From assembly GCF_006345805.1 (NCBI RefSeq), contig NC_043021.1:26164001-26228000 (forward strand): 64,000 nucleotides of DNA, written 5' to 3'. Below the pieces are notes generated by a model, which saw nothing but the letters and a program-made list of their open reading frames with translations, was not told where the DNA came from and did no database searches. Positions 24,653-38,253 of this stretch are shown piece after piece; positions within the stretch are counted from its first letter, which is position 1, and the number at the start of each line of letters is the position of its first letter. This stretch comes from Octopus sinensis. Its lineage: Eukaryota. The position numbers and the translations under genes are program-made.

Positions 24653-25125
24653 TTTGAGACAAATCTAATTAAGCAGAAGAATTTTTTTTTAAATCAAAAA
24701 TAAAGTGCAATTAAACAAATAAACAAAAAAAAAAGTAGAGTAAAAATGGAACTCAAATTCCATTAATATTATTATCATAATAATTGTTTAGCATCATGTT
24801 GTCGATGATGATGATGACCAACTCATCACTTCACTGAGGAGGTAACGAATGTAACAAACGATAAGAATTCCTATCAACAGTTATAAATAAAAAGAATTTT
24901 CGCTAAAGTAATCTTTAATTAGATAGCAATCCTCAGTTTGTTCAGCACTGCTGCCTCGTTTGGCTACGATGAAACAGGATAAGAAGCGTGCCAGAGGTCT
25001 GAGCTAATCAATACTTCAACATCTCCCTTGCAGTCTAACTTCAAGACAACACGGAGCAAGTTAACTTCTTCACCTCCTTTTGCTTTCCTACTACTTCCAC
25101 TTCTTTCCAACTAAATGTAGGTCAC
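24653..25125 (-). other. Candidate 473-nt non-coding (5'UTR) exon
   Basis: Acceptor tgtctttttatttttaaaaacacag, donor AAA|gtgagt, CpG-retaining and TE-free, with no long ORF. Confidence 0.3.
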
Positions 25126-25838
25126 CTGTGTTTTTAAAAATAAAAAGACAACATTTGAGTAGGAGGAAGTCTTCAGATTCTCTGGAAGAAAAGATTTCAT
25201 CGAATGTAAATTTTACAATAAAATAATGATACAAGAGGCAGAGGAGGTATGATGACGGTGGTGGAGAGTCTGTTGGATGGACTTCGAAAGAATGGCTGGC
25301 ACCATGTATCATCCCTGCCTGTCATTTATAAAAAATGCATGACAGAATGACGAACTTTCCATCCTCTCTCTCTGTTCACATTTTTGTTGTGAAAATATTT
25401 ACGAATAATTTTCTCGTTCTTTTCCCCAGTTCTACAAATCTCGTTTCATGGAATTTAATGCTCTTGAAAAAAGTCAGAACAATATCACCCTATCTTATTC
25501 CCATTGCCATACTGTGTCTGTAATAAACAAAAGTTTTGGGGTGGTTTTCTGTTCAAATATCTCAAAAGATATCTCACTTCAAATTTAATTATTAAATTAT
25601 CAATTTTTTAAACAAAAAACATATAAATAAATAAAATAAGATCATCAGATACTTTTATACATTATTAAATTCATCACAAATAACCAATAACCAGGAAAAC
25701 CAAGGAAGCAAATTTTCACCCTCTACAGCTTTAATAAAACCTAACCCTTTGCTCCAGTAAAAGGAGAGGAGTATCAGCCCAAAATTTATACAAGAAATCT
25801 CTCTCTCTCTGTATATATATATATATATAGACCGGAGT

Positions 25839-25959
25839 AAACACATAAATGTGAAACAAGGTGGAAAAAAGAGTACTCAAATACCAGTGGTAGAGTAATA
25901 TGCTTTATTTTAAGCAGCTTAAATATGCTTTATTTTCTGCTGCTTAAAATAAAGTATAT
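25839..25959. repeat. Short element inserted in (TA)n, ending in a 21-bp inverted repeat
   Basis: Arms at 25898-25918 and 25939-25959 (one mismatch), with (TA)n on both sides. Family unassigned, possibly a Penelope-like terminus. Confidence 0.5.
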
Positions 25960-26552
25960 ATATATATATATATATATATTGTAAACATTTGTCCAAACTA
26001 ACTTAAAACATAAAAGTGTGAAGCAATCAAGGTACCCGAGAAAAGATTAAAAGAAAAAAAAGGGGTGGGGGGACAACTCGACTGTGTTGCAGGCAGAAAT
26101 AATTGACTGCGATAACAGGTAGTTTATGGAAGAAACAAAATGAGAAGTAGAAGCAAAGAAAAACAGCAGAGAGAGAAGAGGAGAACAAGAGAGAGGGAGA
26201 GAGAGAGAGAGAGAGCAATGGAAAATTGTGTGAAAAGAATACAATATGAAGATGCAAAACAAATGGGAAAGAGCAAAGTAGATTGTAGAAGTATGTCTAT
26301 AAAATTCCAAACACATTCCCACTGCCAGCCTCCATCTCTTCTCTCTGCTTGCTAAAAATGATGTCTGAATAAAAATAAAATATTTATTAAACTGACGATC
26401 AAATATCAATCTATATTTTTCGTCTTGATTCAATTAATCTGAAATAAGTTGTGCTGCTGTTTTTAGAAGTGCTTTCTACGAATTTCCCCAATATTCAGTT
26501 GCTTAGAACATTCAAGTAAATAGGATCAGCAAAGCAATGTGTGTGTGTGTGT

Positions 26553-26587
<35 letters not shown>

Positions 26588-26855
26588 CAAGCCCACTAAG
26601 TGCCATGCACGGAACTTACGGTCCTCAAGTCACTTTTGTAACTTTGTCTCAATTACAAATAGTAATAATAAAAGAAAAGAAATATATACACCCATGTTTT
26701 GAGTTCCTATTATTCTGTTGGTTCCATGAAACCTACACACACACACACATTAGTATTATTTCTTAACCCTTTATTTAGACTTTTTTTAACTCTGCAATTA
26801 TGTTTGAACACTAAATTACATGCTCCACATTTTACTTGTTCATTCTTTCTAATAC

Positions 26856-27173
26856 ATACATGCATACACACACATCATATATATATATACACACATACAT
26901 ACATATATATATACACACATACATACATATATATATACACACATACATACATATATATATACACACATACATACATATATATATACACACATACATACAT
27001 ATATACACACATACATACATATATATATACACACATACATACATATATATATACACACATACATACATATATATATATATATATAATATATATATATATA
27101 TATACATACATATACATACATACACATATACATACATAAATATACATATACATACATACATATACATACATAC

Positions 27174-27253
<80 letters not shown>

Positions 27254-27272
27254 ACACACACACACTCATACA
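26856..27272. repeat. Compound (TA)/(CA)/(TACA) microsatellite with a 24-bp higher-order unit
   Basis: ACACATACATACATATATATATAC repeats from 26891. This tract produces the spurious HTYI/VCMY ORFs. Confidence 0.95.
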
Positions 27273-30200
27273 CATATTATACATATATGGGGGAAAGGAT
27301 TTAAGGTAAATCCGGATGGAATTGTGCAAGCCACCGTATTATAAACTGTTTAAGCAAAGATACCATTATATCCGTTCGTTGTTCTTTCCATACAGCTTCA
27401 ACAGGAGAGAAGTGTGGCTGGTGAGGTGGTGTCGGCTAATAATTGGATGTTTAACATAAGAGTGTGTGTGTGTGTTGGTAAATATGTTTTCGAGTAACAA
27501 CACCTACATGTTGTCCTGGCTCTGTGAGAAAACTACAAGAGACTAGCAGTGCAAAGCAAGCCAGACAGTTGATAAACACACCAACACGGCTTTATGAAAC
27601 AGTGAGGATATTTCAGTGAAAACAAATACAAAGTTTGTTTTTGCAATTAAACAGCTTTCATGGTTGATATGGCAATGGATCAGGGAAGACCAAAAAGACA
27701 TTTTAGAAAATTAATCCTAAAACATTAATTTGGGACGAGAGAGTAATAAGGGTTTCATGGTTTCTCACTTTGATGCAAGGGGAAGATGTGTGCAGGGGGG
27801 AGGTTGATAATGAAGGACACCAAGGATATTATTGGTATGTAATCCACAGGTAAAGTAGAGAGACAGGTAGGTTATTTTATACAATCAGTGCTGAGTGAGT
27901 CTCAACACAATAGTTCAACATTCCAGAAATAGCAGCAAAATCTCCCTCAAATCTTACTGTACAATCATAAAGTAAATATAAGGTGGATAGTGAGATCCTA
28001 CATTGTCAAAAAGGTGATGATGGGAATGCATTTGATCAGAGGTCTACCAGATCAAAGTTGACCTAGGGTTACACAACAGTGTATTTAGTGTCGCTCTGCC
28101 ATTCTTGATGGTGGTAGATGGTAGAATCAGTGGAGCGCTGGAGAAAAAGGGTGTTGCAGTATTTAGTTATTGGGGTTTATGTAGCTTTCAAATACTGGTG
28201 GGACAAACTACCTTCAATTAAATAATCATCATCATCATTTGGCACCCATCTTCCATGCTGGGGGGAAGCTGGATGGTGCCACAGGGCTCAATGAATCAGG
28301 GGACAGCATTCAGCCCCGTTGTCTACTTTAGAATAGTTTCTGCAGCTGAATGCTCAAGTTGCACTGGGTACCTTTTTTTACTTTTTTTTACTTTTTTCTT
28401 TTGGCTTTTTGTCTTGTTTCTTTTTTGCCATAGCATCAGCACTGATGAGGCTGCTGTGCAATTCACAAGACTTAAAAATCCCCCTTGATGAGTGGAAGTG
28501 TAGAAGGATTTGTCTATGAAATCCACCCACAAGGCTTTGGATAGCCTGGGGTTATATGACAGACACTTGCATAAGGTGCCATGCTGAGGAACTGAACTCA
28601 AAACCCTAACCCTATACACACAAACACAAATAAAAAGCAAAAAAAAATGATACAATCAAATTCGTACACAGAATGGTAGCAGGCCTGAAGTGATTGATGC
28701 ATTCTCTACCAAACTAACATTGCACCTCCCCTTTACCCCACAAAACAACCAAACACTTCCCCTCGCATCCTCCATCCCTGTTTACAGAAATGTTGTCGGT
28801 ACAGGCACAGAATCCACAGTTTCAAGCATAAAACTAGATTCCTTAAACAATTACTTCCACTTTGTCAAGGCTCAAAGTCTAAGGTCATCTACTACTACTA
28901 CTACTACTGCTACTATCCTTCAAACAACACCAGCTATTTTAAGACGTGAAACAATTTGACCTTCTTATTACTGTGTTTCTCTTGAAATACACTATTTATG
29001 TTTCATTTCATTTGTGAAGATGATGATGATGATGATAGTTAAAGATTTTGGTCAAGTTATTGGTTAGTTTGGCACAAGAGTGAAACTTGTGGAATTCTTT
29101 AGAAAGATCTGTAAAAAAGGTTAAGTCAAGACCTGGTTTCAACTCTTTAGCATTTAAACAGGCCACATCTGGCCCAAATATTTTACTTGTTTCATGGCCA
29201 AACTGGCCAGAAATAGCCTCTCACACCTACCCAACAATGTCATTCTGAAAATAAACCACATCATCAAAACCACAAAGCTATGAGAAAATGCATGATTAAC
29301 TTGAAACACTACATTACAGTTGAGAGATTGATCTAAATACCAATAGATTAATCAATTAAAATCAGTCAAAAGCATTTAATTGTTTCATTGCCATATTTCT
29401 ATTGAAATGCACTGCCTTTATTTGAATTAATTCTGAAAGTAATGAAGAAGTTGATAAAATAACTTTGTTGGAATTTGGAATACATGTTAACATAAAATCT
29501 TGACGCATAGTTTTAATTGAGCTCAGTTTAATGAAAAAAGTTATGCATCCTAGAACCAGGGGCAGTTTCAGGCAGGTCGTTATCAAAATGGTTAAGAGGG
29601 CCAGCCATTGGCACTTGGAAGCTAGCCAAGAATTCATTTTCTCTCCACAACACAGTGGTTAACAGCATAAATGGCCATCTGTTAGAAGTGTCTGAGATTA
29701 TAGAGTTAGTGGAGAAAACAACTCTTGCTTTGCCATGGTCATTTATGTGTCAGGTGTGGTTGTGAGATTAAGAGGATTGTTTTCCAACCATGTGGTCTTG
29801 GGTTCAGTTCCAATGTGCAGTACCGTGGGCAAGTGTCTTTTACTATTGCCCTGAGTTGACCAAAATTTTCTGAGTGGATTTTACCCGAGAGAAACTGAAA
29901 GTAGCTCTTTGTATATGTGTGTGTGTTCTGGTCTCAACCTCACATAATGGTTATAAATAACTATCATCATCATCATCATCATATAAACAGGAGCTGAACA
30001 ATCATAAGGCTGTTCATTTCCAGTTTTTCAAGAAAACCATATCTAACCATGGGAAAATATTACTGGAAACTGGTGAGGGCTGGCAACAAGAAGGGCATCT
30101 GACCTTAGAGAAAATCTGCCTCAACAAATTCCAGTTTGCCCAAGCAAACAAGCATGGAGGAAAAGTGGATGCTAAAATGATGTTGATGCATTTCTGCACA

Positions 30201-31313
30201 AGTCTGGACATACTGAATAAGATCTCACTTCAGTTGCCACAGCAGAGCAGTGCCGATATTTACTGTTGCTGTTTAACCCCAGTCAGACTTGATCAGGCGA
30301 AAGCCTTTCACTTGTAACCATCCTGAGATCACACTGATGTCATTTTTCAAAAACCACAAAGTTTTGGAGGAGATCGACTACAGCTTTGAGGGAGATGGGG
30401 CTATAGCTTCTAATCGGTTGTTTGATTGGATAGGGGCACACATCATCATCATCATCATTTAATGTCTGCTTTCCATGCTGGCATGGGTTGGCCGGTTCGA
30501 CAGGAGCTGGCCAGGCAGAGGACTGCACTAGACGTCTGTGTCTGTTTTGGCATGGTTTTTGCAGCTGGAGGCCCTTCCTAACACCAACTACTTTAGCACA
30601 AGCACTTATAAAATAAAGAATCTTGGGGGAGGGGCATTGGAGGAGGTGATTTTGTGTCAGATGATGAAAAGTTAGAGCGTGACAGAGAGACAGAAACAGG
30701 TGTCTTGCTGTAGAGAAAGTACATGGTTACTTGGCCAGAGGGGTGGGGGAAGAGAAGGGAGGGGGGAGAGATAACAAGAATGAAGATGGTTGCTATCAGT
30801 ATCATGGTGGGATTAACAAGACCGTTAGGGCAAAAATTGAGTTTTTGGCTCCAGGTTGGAAACAAGAGAGGACGTTTGTCTCAGATGACAGTTCAACTTC
30901 TTTTGAGGCATACACACACACATATATATATATAGAGAGAGAGACAGACAGACAGAGACAGAGAGATGGATAGATATATACAAAGATACACCACAATCAT
31001 TTTTAACGTCCACTTTCCCCTGCCTGCATGGGTCAGACAGAATTCACTGAGGCAGGCAGATTTTCTAAGACCAAATTACTTTCCTGTTACCAACCCTCAC
31101 CTGTTTTCACCGAATAATGGAAATGAATGACACTGCTTGTATGACAGTAACACTCATTTACAACTATTGTACAATGTCAAGACATGGAGACACAAACATA
31201 CACCCACCCACCCATGCACACATAAGCCTATCGTGTGTGTGAATGTGTGTGTATAAGTACATACATTCATATATACACCTACCAAATCCTAGGTGCCAAC
31301 TAGTGAGACAAAG

Positions 31314-31727
31314 GGATCCTTTCGGTTTGAACGGCAGTTTGTTCTAGTGGTGTCATATGGAATTGTCACCCATAATTATGACCCTAGTATCGATCTATTG
31401 CATTTCAATCTGTGTTAGGGTTAGGGGTGGGGGAAGGGTATCTTTTCTTCTTCTTCAGAAATATAAATAAACCCAATCTGTTTCTTAAACGAGGGACATA
31501 TTCATACGGCACAGAATGTTTTCACCTCAATAGACATCATTGATTGGTTGAAATTGCAGAAATTGAAGGAAAATAACAACAAATATCTTACAAGCCATAG
31601 AATTTTCTCAATAAAGCCAAGAGAAAAAGATGTTTTATAAACAACATTCTACCAGTATATGAAGTTTAAAAGTGTTTAGTTAGGTGGAAATTATTTTAAA
31701 AAACTGCCGTTCAAACCGAAAAGATCC
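31314..31727. mobile_element. Merlin-type MITE (414 bp)
   Basis: 27-bp TIRs GGATC(C/T)TTTCGGTTTGAACGGCAGTTT and a perfect 8-bp TSD AGACAAAG (31306-31313 and 31728-31735). Internal ttagggttaggg. Inserted in a SINE. Confidence 0.85.
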
Positions 31728-31849
31728 AGACAAAGCCTAAAACTGGTGTTGTTGGGAAACAAACTTCTTAACCACTCAGCCATACCTGCTCACACACACA
31801 CACACACACCCATGGATATAAGCACATGTATGAACATACATATGCATAC

Positions 31850-32900
31850 GCATTAAAAGAAAAAAATGGTATCAGTTAAGGGGGGTGATGCTCAACATTC
31901 TCCCCGTAAAAAGAGAGAATGGCCGTCCAGAACCGATGCATCTTTGTTCCATCTTCAGTTCCATCCTGCCACAATTGATTTTCCTTTCCTTTTCCCATCC
32001 ATCTTAAGAATTAATAAAGTACAAGTGACACAGCAGGTCTGATTGACCATGCCCCACCCCTCTCTCACTTCTATCACACTAACACATCGTTATAATTAAT
32101 ACACGTTAAATCGCTAACGACCCAACATTGGACTGAGGAATGCTTCCTAATGACTCGTTCCATTCCTTTACATTCTCAATAGTTCCACATGTTCCACATC
32201 ACAGTTGTTGTTTCTCGATACAGCCTTTGTTATTGTCGCTGCATCTACTGCTGCTGCTGCTGCTGCTCTGCTACAGCTGCTGCTAACCTCAGCGCTACCT
32301 TTTATGTAACATCAACTTCTGTCTATTCCTCCTTAAAGGCATTTTCAACTACACAAACCAACCCTGGGGATATTCTACTAACTCCTCCAACCCTCATCTA
32401 CCAATGTATACCAACAGTAACATCATAATCGGTTTTAAACTAGTCAACCACATTAAAGTAATTAATTAATGTTATTTATAACGAGTGAAGTCAGTACTAC
32501 ATCACCAGTCAGCGATGAAGTTTACGTTGTCAGTCACAGCATTTCTTCACTTAAATTACATTGCGAAATTGTCTTAGAAAAAGCCAAAGAAACCACAAAT
32601 CACCATTTTTGCTTTTGGTCTACTTCATTGCAAAACAAAACAAAAAAAAAAAGGAGTGGGTGGGGGCAGATGGGCTGTTGTACCAAGTTAAAGGAATTTA
32701 TGATATTTATATAACGAATGAATAGAAAATTAGGATAGCTCCTGGAATTAGTGAGTGAGTGGTGATGGTCTGTTGCTATGAATCATACTAACAACAGTCG
32801 ATATTGACAAAAATATCTTTGAAGTTATTTTCTCGAAACAAAAGCACTTAAATATCACAAGTAAATGAGTAATAGATGAAGTAGTACTGGCTCCAGGTCA
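31850..32900. promoter_or_regulatory. CpG-retaining TE-free island, candidate alternative promoter or enhancer
   Basis: Many CpGs, (CTG)n and (CTA)-rich UTR-like sequence, and GGGTGGGG and CAGATG motifs near 32660. Confidence 0.35.
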
Positions 32901-33494
32901 GACCGATGACTGGTGAGGTTCCAGCCATGACCATCTCGTTTATTCTCAAGAGGTGTTTGTTGAACCGCATGATCCAATGTGTCCTTCAGTTTTTAAGATG
33001 ACAGGATGTTATTTGAAGGAGATTTGGCTACTGTTTTTAGCGAGTAATATCAGTGGCAAACTTGTTGCAAGTTAGGTTCAAGTGAAGAAAGGCCACAATG
33101 ATGGCTGATCTCAAGAATCACACAAAAGAACTCAATAACTGGAACAATTACAACCAAAAAGAAAAACAAGCTTTGATTCCAGAGAAAACTTCATAATCAA
33201 TGACCACTGGGGGTCAACGTAATCGACTTAACCCTCCCCACCCCAAAATTGCTGGCTTTGTGCCAAAACTGGAAACCATTATTATTATTATTAAGGCAGT
33301 GAACTGGCAAAAGCTGGGGAAAATGCTTAGCAGCATTTCATCCGTCTTTATTCAAATTCTGTCACGGTCAACTTTGCCTTTCCTACTTTCAGGGTCGATA
33401 AAAAAAAGGTACCAGTTGTTCACTGGGGTTGATGTAATCAACTTATGCCATCCCTAAAATTACTAGCCTTGTGCCAAAATTTGTGAACCATTAT

Positions 33495-34900
33495 CTCTTT
33501 ATCACAGGTTTTGTTGGAACTCCTGGAGTCTTGCATTACTACCTGCAGCAGCCTACAGTACCATGCTATCCGTTCTTTCTAGCTATCTAATACTTTCCTG
33601 ATTATTCTGGCCGTGCCAAGGAGGCAAACCTTTTGTAGCAGTTCTACTCGGCACTCTATTCCAGTTTACTTTATATTCCCCTTGACGCCTTCTGATACTG
33701 TCCCCACGGACCCAACAATAATTGGCACTGTCTTCACCTTCTTCAATTTCCATAGCTAGGATATTTCCTTCTTAAGAGGATTGTATCTATCTATCTTTTC
33801 ACCTTCCTTCCTGGTTATTCGTAGGTCAAAGGGGCATCCAACATCAACTACATAGCATATGTGGTGCACCTTGTCCACCATCAAGAGGTCCAGTCTGTTA
33901 TGATCTAACACATGATCTGTTTGGATTGGGAAATCCCAGAGGGTTTTGCTAGTCTCCAACTCTGCCATTCTCTGTGGTTTGTGCTCATACCACATCTTGC
34001 CTTTCTCTAGGCCCACTTTCACCACCTGGTTGTGTCATCACAACCAGGTAGTAGTCTTGGGCAAGTCTAGGGCATTCGTTCATATGGGCAATTGTTTCAT
34101 CCACTCTATTGCAAATATAGCAGAGACACTTGCTCATTCCTCAGGTTGACCCTCCAGTTTGTGGCCAAAGCATGGTCCTGTGCTGCCAGTATAGTGCTCT
34201 CGGTTCCTTTCATCAGCCAATCCCACCTATTTTTCCCAGCAACTTCTTTTGTGGCTATATGGAATTGTGTAGTTCCTTCTTGCGTAATTCTTCTTCATGT
34301 CTTTTTTGTACTTCTTCCTTTGTTTATCTGCTCTCAATACTCCCTCATTCCTAAATGTCACTAACAAGGTTTCCTGACTTTGGGCCAGGTATCTCATTAA
34401 ACCCTCAAGTTTGATATGCACGCAGCTTTCCCCTTCCTCCGTTTGCTCTCTTCATGTATGGATGACAGGCTCCATGCATTGTTATGAATTTTCTTGACTG
34501 CTTGTCCATCTCCTTTAGCTCCTCCTCTGTCCACTTCAGGATTCCAGCGCCATACCAAGCTACTGTGACTGCGTGCGAGTTTGTTGCCGAAATCCTGTTC
34601 CTGGCATTCAGCTTTGAAGCCAATGTTTTTCTCACTTGCCGCAGGTACCCTCTTTTTGTCTTTTCCTTCATGTCATGATGTTTGATTCCATCTGACTCGA
34701 GTATTCCCACGGATTATTCAAGTGGAATTGCCTTCATCATCTCACCAATTGGCAAACTTATGCTTTCTGTCCTGACAAGCTTTCCTCACCTTATCGCCAT
34801 CGGAGCACATTTTGAGAGCCCAAACTCCATCTTAATATCATTGGAGAAAATCCGCACAGACTGAACTAGGCTGTCCAGTTCTGCCTCAGGTCATCCATGA
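33495..34900 (-). mobile_element. 5'-truncated R4/Dong-clade non-LTR retrotransposon (RT C-terminus, zinc knuckle, restriction-like endonuclease)
   Basis: ORF-track peptides LASKLNARNRISATNSHAV…LKWTEEELKEMDKQSRKFITMHGACHP and LWDFPIQTDHVLDHNRLDLLMVDK…VDVGCPFD…KEGEKIDRY, with stops and frameshifts between them. Confidence 0.88.
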
Positions 34901-35893
34901 ATAGCAAATGGTTTAGCTTTCCCACACCCCCTCTCAGATCATACCTCAACTTTGTTTTCTGTAGTATTTCACTGACGGGGATCATTCCCAGCACGAATAT
35001 CAGTGGGGAATATTATTATTATTATTATTATTAAGAAGGCAGCAAACTGGCAGAAATGTTAGCATGCCTGACGAAAGCTGTAAACATTTTGTCCGTCTTT
35101 ATGCTTCGACTTAAAATACCACTGATGTTGACCTTGCCTTTCATCTTTTTGGGGATCAATGATATAAATACCAGTTGAGTCTTGGGGGATCAATGTAATC
35201 AAGTAGCCCTTTACCCACAAAATTTCAGACCTTGTAGTTACTGTAGGAAGAATTATTATTGGTGAGCTGACAGAACCATTGGTGCATTGGGTAAAATGTT
35301 TAGTGGCCTTTCTTCTGGTTCTGAGTTCAATTTTGCTTTTTGTCTTTTTGGGGCACTGGGGTTGATGTAATCAATTTATCTCTCACCCTAAAAATTGCTG
35401 GCCTTGTGCCAAAATATGAAGCCATTACAATTATTATTATGAATATAATGGAGACAGTGACAGGTGACCAAGACCTTTGGTGATATAGCGTGCTTGTGTA
35501 GATGTGTCAAGCCAAGTGAGACCGTAGTCATGGCTGATGCTGGGGTCAGGTCAATGGCACTTGTGCTGGTGGCACGTAAAAAACCACCAACTCTTCTCTT
35601 GGAGTGATTGGCATTAGGAAGGGCATCCAGCCGAAGAAACTTTGCCAAATCAGATTGGAACCTGGTGCAGCTTCCCTGGCTTACCAGTTTTCAGTCAGAC
35701 CGTCCAACCCATGCCAGCATGGAAAGCAGACATTAAACAATGACGATGATGATGTTGAATGTGGTGTGTCAAACGAAACGATTAGCAGCATTTCTTTGAG
35801 CTGTTTACATTCTGAGGTAAACTTTATATCTCATCTTTTTGAGGACAATAAAATAAAAAGTACCAGTCAAATACTGGTGTTAATACAATAGAC

Positions 35894-36089
35894 CAGTGGT
35901 CCCCAACCTTTTCACTACCAAGGACCCCTTTTATTTAAATGAGTTTTCCCACAGACCCCTTTTAATATGCTTATCCTTGTGTGTGTGTGTGTGTATATAT
36001 ATATGAAATTTTGAATTTAGTTCACGGAGCCCCAGTCCTTAACTTCGTGGACTACCAGGAGTGCATAGATCCCAGGTTGGGAACCACTG
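35894..36089. mobile_element. hAT-type MITE (196 bp)
   Basis: TIRs CAGTGGT(C/T)CCCAACCT and a degenerate 8-bp TSD (caatagac / caattggc). It splits a Nin-like SINE. Confidence 0.8.
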
Positions 36090-37859
36090 CAATTGGCTAA
36101 CCTTCTCCCACCAAAATTTGAAACAATTATTATTATTATTATTATTGTCATCATCATCCGCTGAGGTCTACTCTGTCCTTCATCATTGATAAAATAAGTA
36201 CCAGTTGAACACTGGGGTTGATGTAATCAACTTACCCAACTCCCTCAAAATTGCTGGCCTTGAGCCAAAAGTTGAAATCATCATCGGCATCATCATTATC
36301 ATTAATATTATTATTGTGATGCTAAAGACAGATTCTTTCATGATCTGTTTCGGCCAAAAATATCTGCTTGTTCATTCCATGACTTCATTTAATGGCAGTT
36401 AAGTTATGGTGGGCAGAAAATAAGTTTCAGGGATTTTTTCCCTTTCTTTTTGTGGTCTGCTAGCAGAGGAAGACATTGGCAAGACGGAAGTAACAATAAA
36501 TTTAATTATTCAGAAACTAATAGCAATAAAAAAAAAAAATTTTTTTAAATGTTTTAATTGTACTGAAGAGAATTTAGAAATCAGTTAATAATGAATGATT
36601 TCCTTTTGTTTAATTTTGATAATTTTAACAGGAGTTGTTGATTAGAAACCCATATAGTAAATACATCTTTATATAAGACGAAGGAGAGTTGAAGTAGTAT
36701 GCGTGTAGTTTAGTGATCCTAGAAAACAATTTTAAGTAAGAGAGTTGAAGTGATAGACAAGAGGACTACTAGCAAACAGCAGCAGCAGCAGGCGTGTGTG
36801 CAGAAGGCAACAACTAGAAAAGGTGCAGCATCTAATGCAGAAGTGTGACAAACTTGCAACTTTCAGTCACAATATTATCATTATTATTATTACTCCAGTA
36901 TTCTACAAAGCAAGAGAAAGAGAGGGGGGGGACTTAATGCCTGCTGCTTCACAGATGCAAACAATTTTTCAAAGTGTGTGTGTGTGGAGGAGGAGGGAAT
37001 TTCTAGCTTACAATTAAACTGCCAAAGCCAACTGGAAGCTTTGTGTTTGTGTGTGTGCATAGAAGAATAGTGACGAAAAATTCCATTATCTTATAGAAAC
37101 ATTTTCTATAAAAAGGTGGAAAAAAAACAACCCTATACTCTTATATTGAACACATATACCAAAATAATATAGTATACTGGTCGTATCTAACCAAGAACGA
37201 ACCAAAATACCATCCTCTTAGAATAACAACTAAAGGTAGAAATTAGAAAGAAATCACACACACACACACACACACACACGTGGCAGAAGAAACGGATTTT
37301 CTGTCAAAACAACAAAACTGTTTATTTTAATTGTATTGCTATTTCAAGGTCACGTAATGGAGAGAACTAATAAAGATGAGTTAAAGTAATAACTAAAAGC
37401 CAGATAATTACTACGGATTAAGATAGACGTGTCTTGTAGCTGCTTTATATATTTCTGAATGTTGTGGAAATCCAAGCAGAGAGGGAAGAATCTAAGGAAC
37501 TGGATAAGTAAGGGAAGGGCTATATTATGTGGGATATATAGGGACCAAAGAAAAGATGTTGCTACAATGATAGTATGAGAAATATCTGAGCCCCTCATCA
37601 GAGAATAGATCTCAGAATGAAGTAGGTAACAAAGTAAGGAAGCTATAAAACATTTAAGAACACAGGAAACTGTCTTGAAATATTTGCAAAAAATATTTTT
37701 TTTTTATCTCTTCCATTAGATGAGTGCTTGGAGAAGTAAAAAGTGAAGTTGAATTTGGTAAGAACTGAACTCAGAATGATAAACGAACAGTTTTAAAGTT
37801 GGCAAATGGTCACAAATTTTAGGGGAGTGCATTTAATTTAATTATTGATCTCAACAGGC

Positions 37860-38253
37860 TTGGCTGTGAGGTAAGAAGTAGGCTTCTCAACCATATGGTT
37901 TTGGGTTCAATCCCATCATATGGTGCCATTGGTAAGTGCCTTTTACTATAGCCCTGGGCCAACCAGATCCTTGCGAATGGAGTTGGTAGACGGAAAGTGA
38001 AAGAAGTGCTCTGTGTGTGTGAGGGGTAACTATCTCTTCGTCTTAGCATCATTTGATAGTTGTAGATGAGTGTCACAGTCCTACAAGTGGTAATCATACG
38101 CTTCAAATCTTCATGGAAACATGTTGTGCCATGAGGAAAGAGATGAGGGTGGGTGACAGGAAAGGTACCTAGCCATAGAAAATCCACCTCAACAAATTCC
38201 CTCCAACCCATGTAAGCATGGAAAAGTGGATGTTAAAACGATGATGGTGATGG
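37860..38253 (+). mobile_element. Full-length tRNA-head SINE with RTE-type tail
   Basis: Head ggctgtgaggtaagaag…ggttcaatccc, body, and tail cccatgtaagcatggaaaagtggatgttaaaacgatgatg. Confidence 0.8.

Noticed and set aside
25091-25312. 73-aa ORF MIHGASHSFEV…
   Set aside because: It crosses an apparent acceptor, has no recognisable homology, and is more likely UTR or uORF.
26539-27329. Several ORFs of 130-165 aa (HTYI/VCMY-rich)
   Set aside because: They are translations of a stop-free TA/CA microsatellite.
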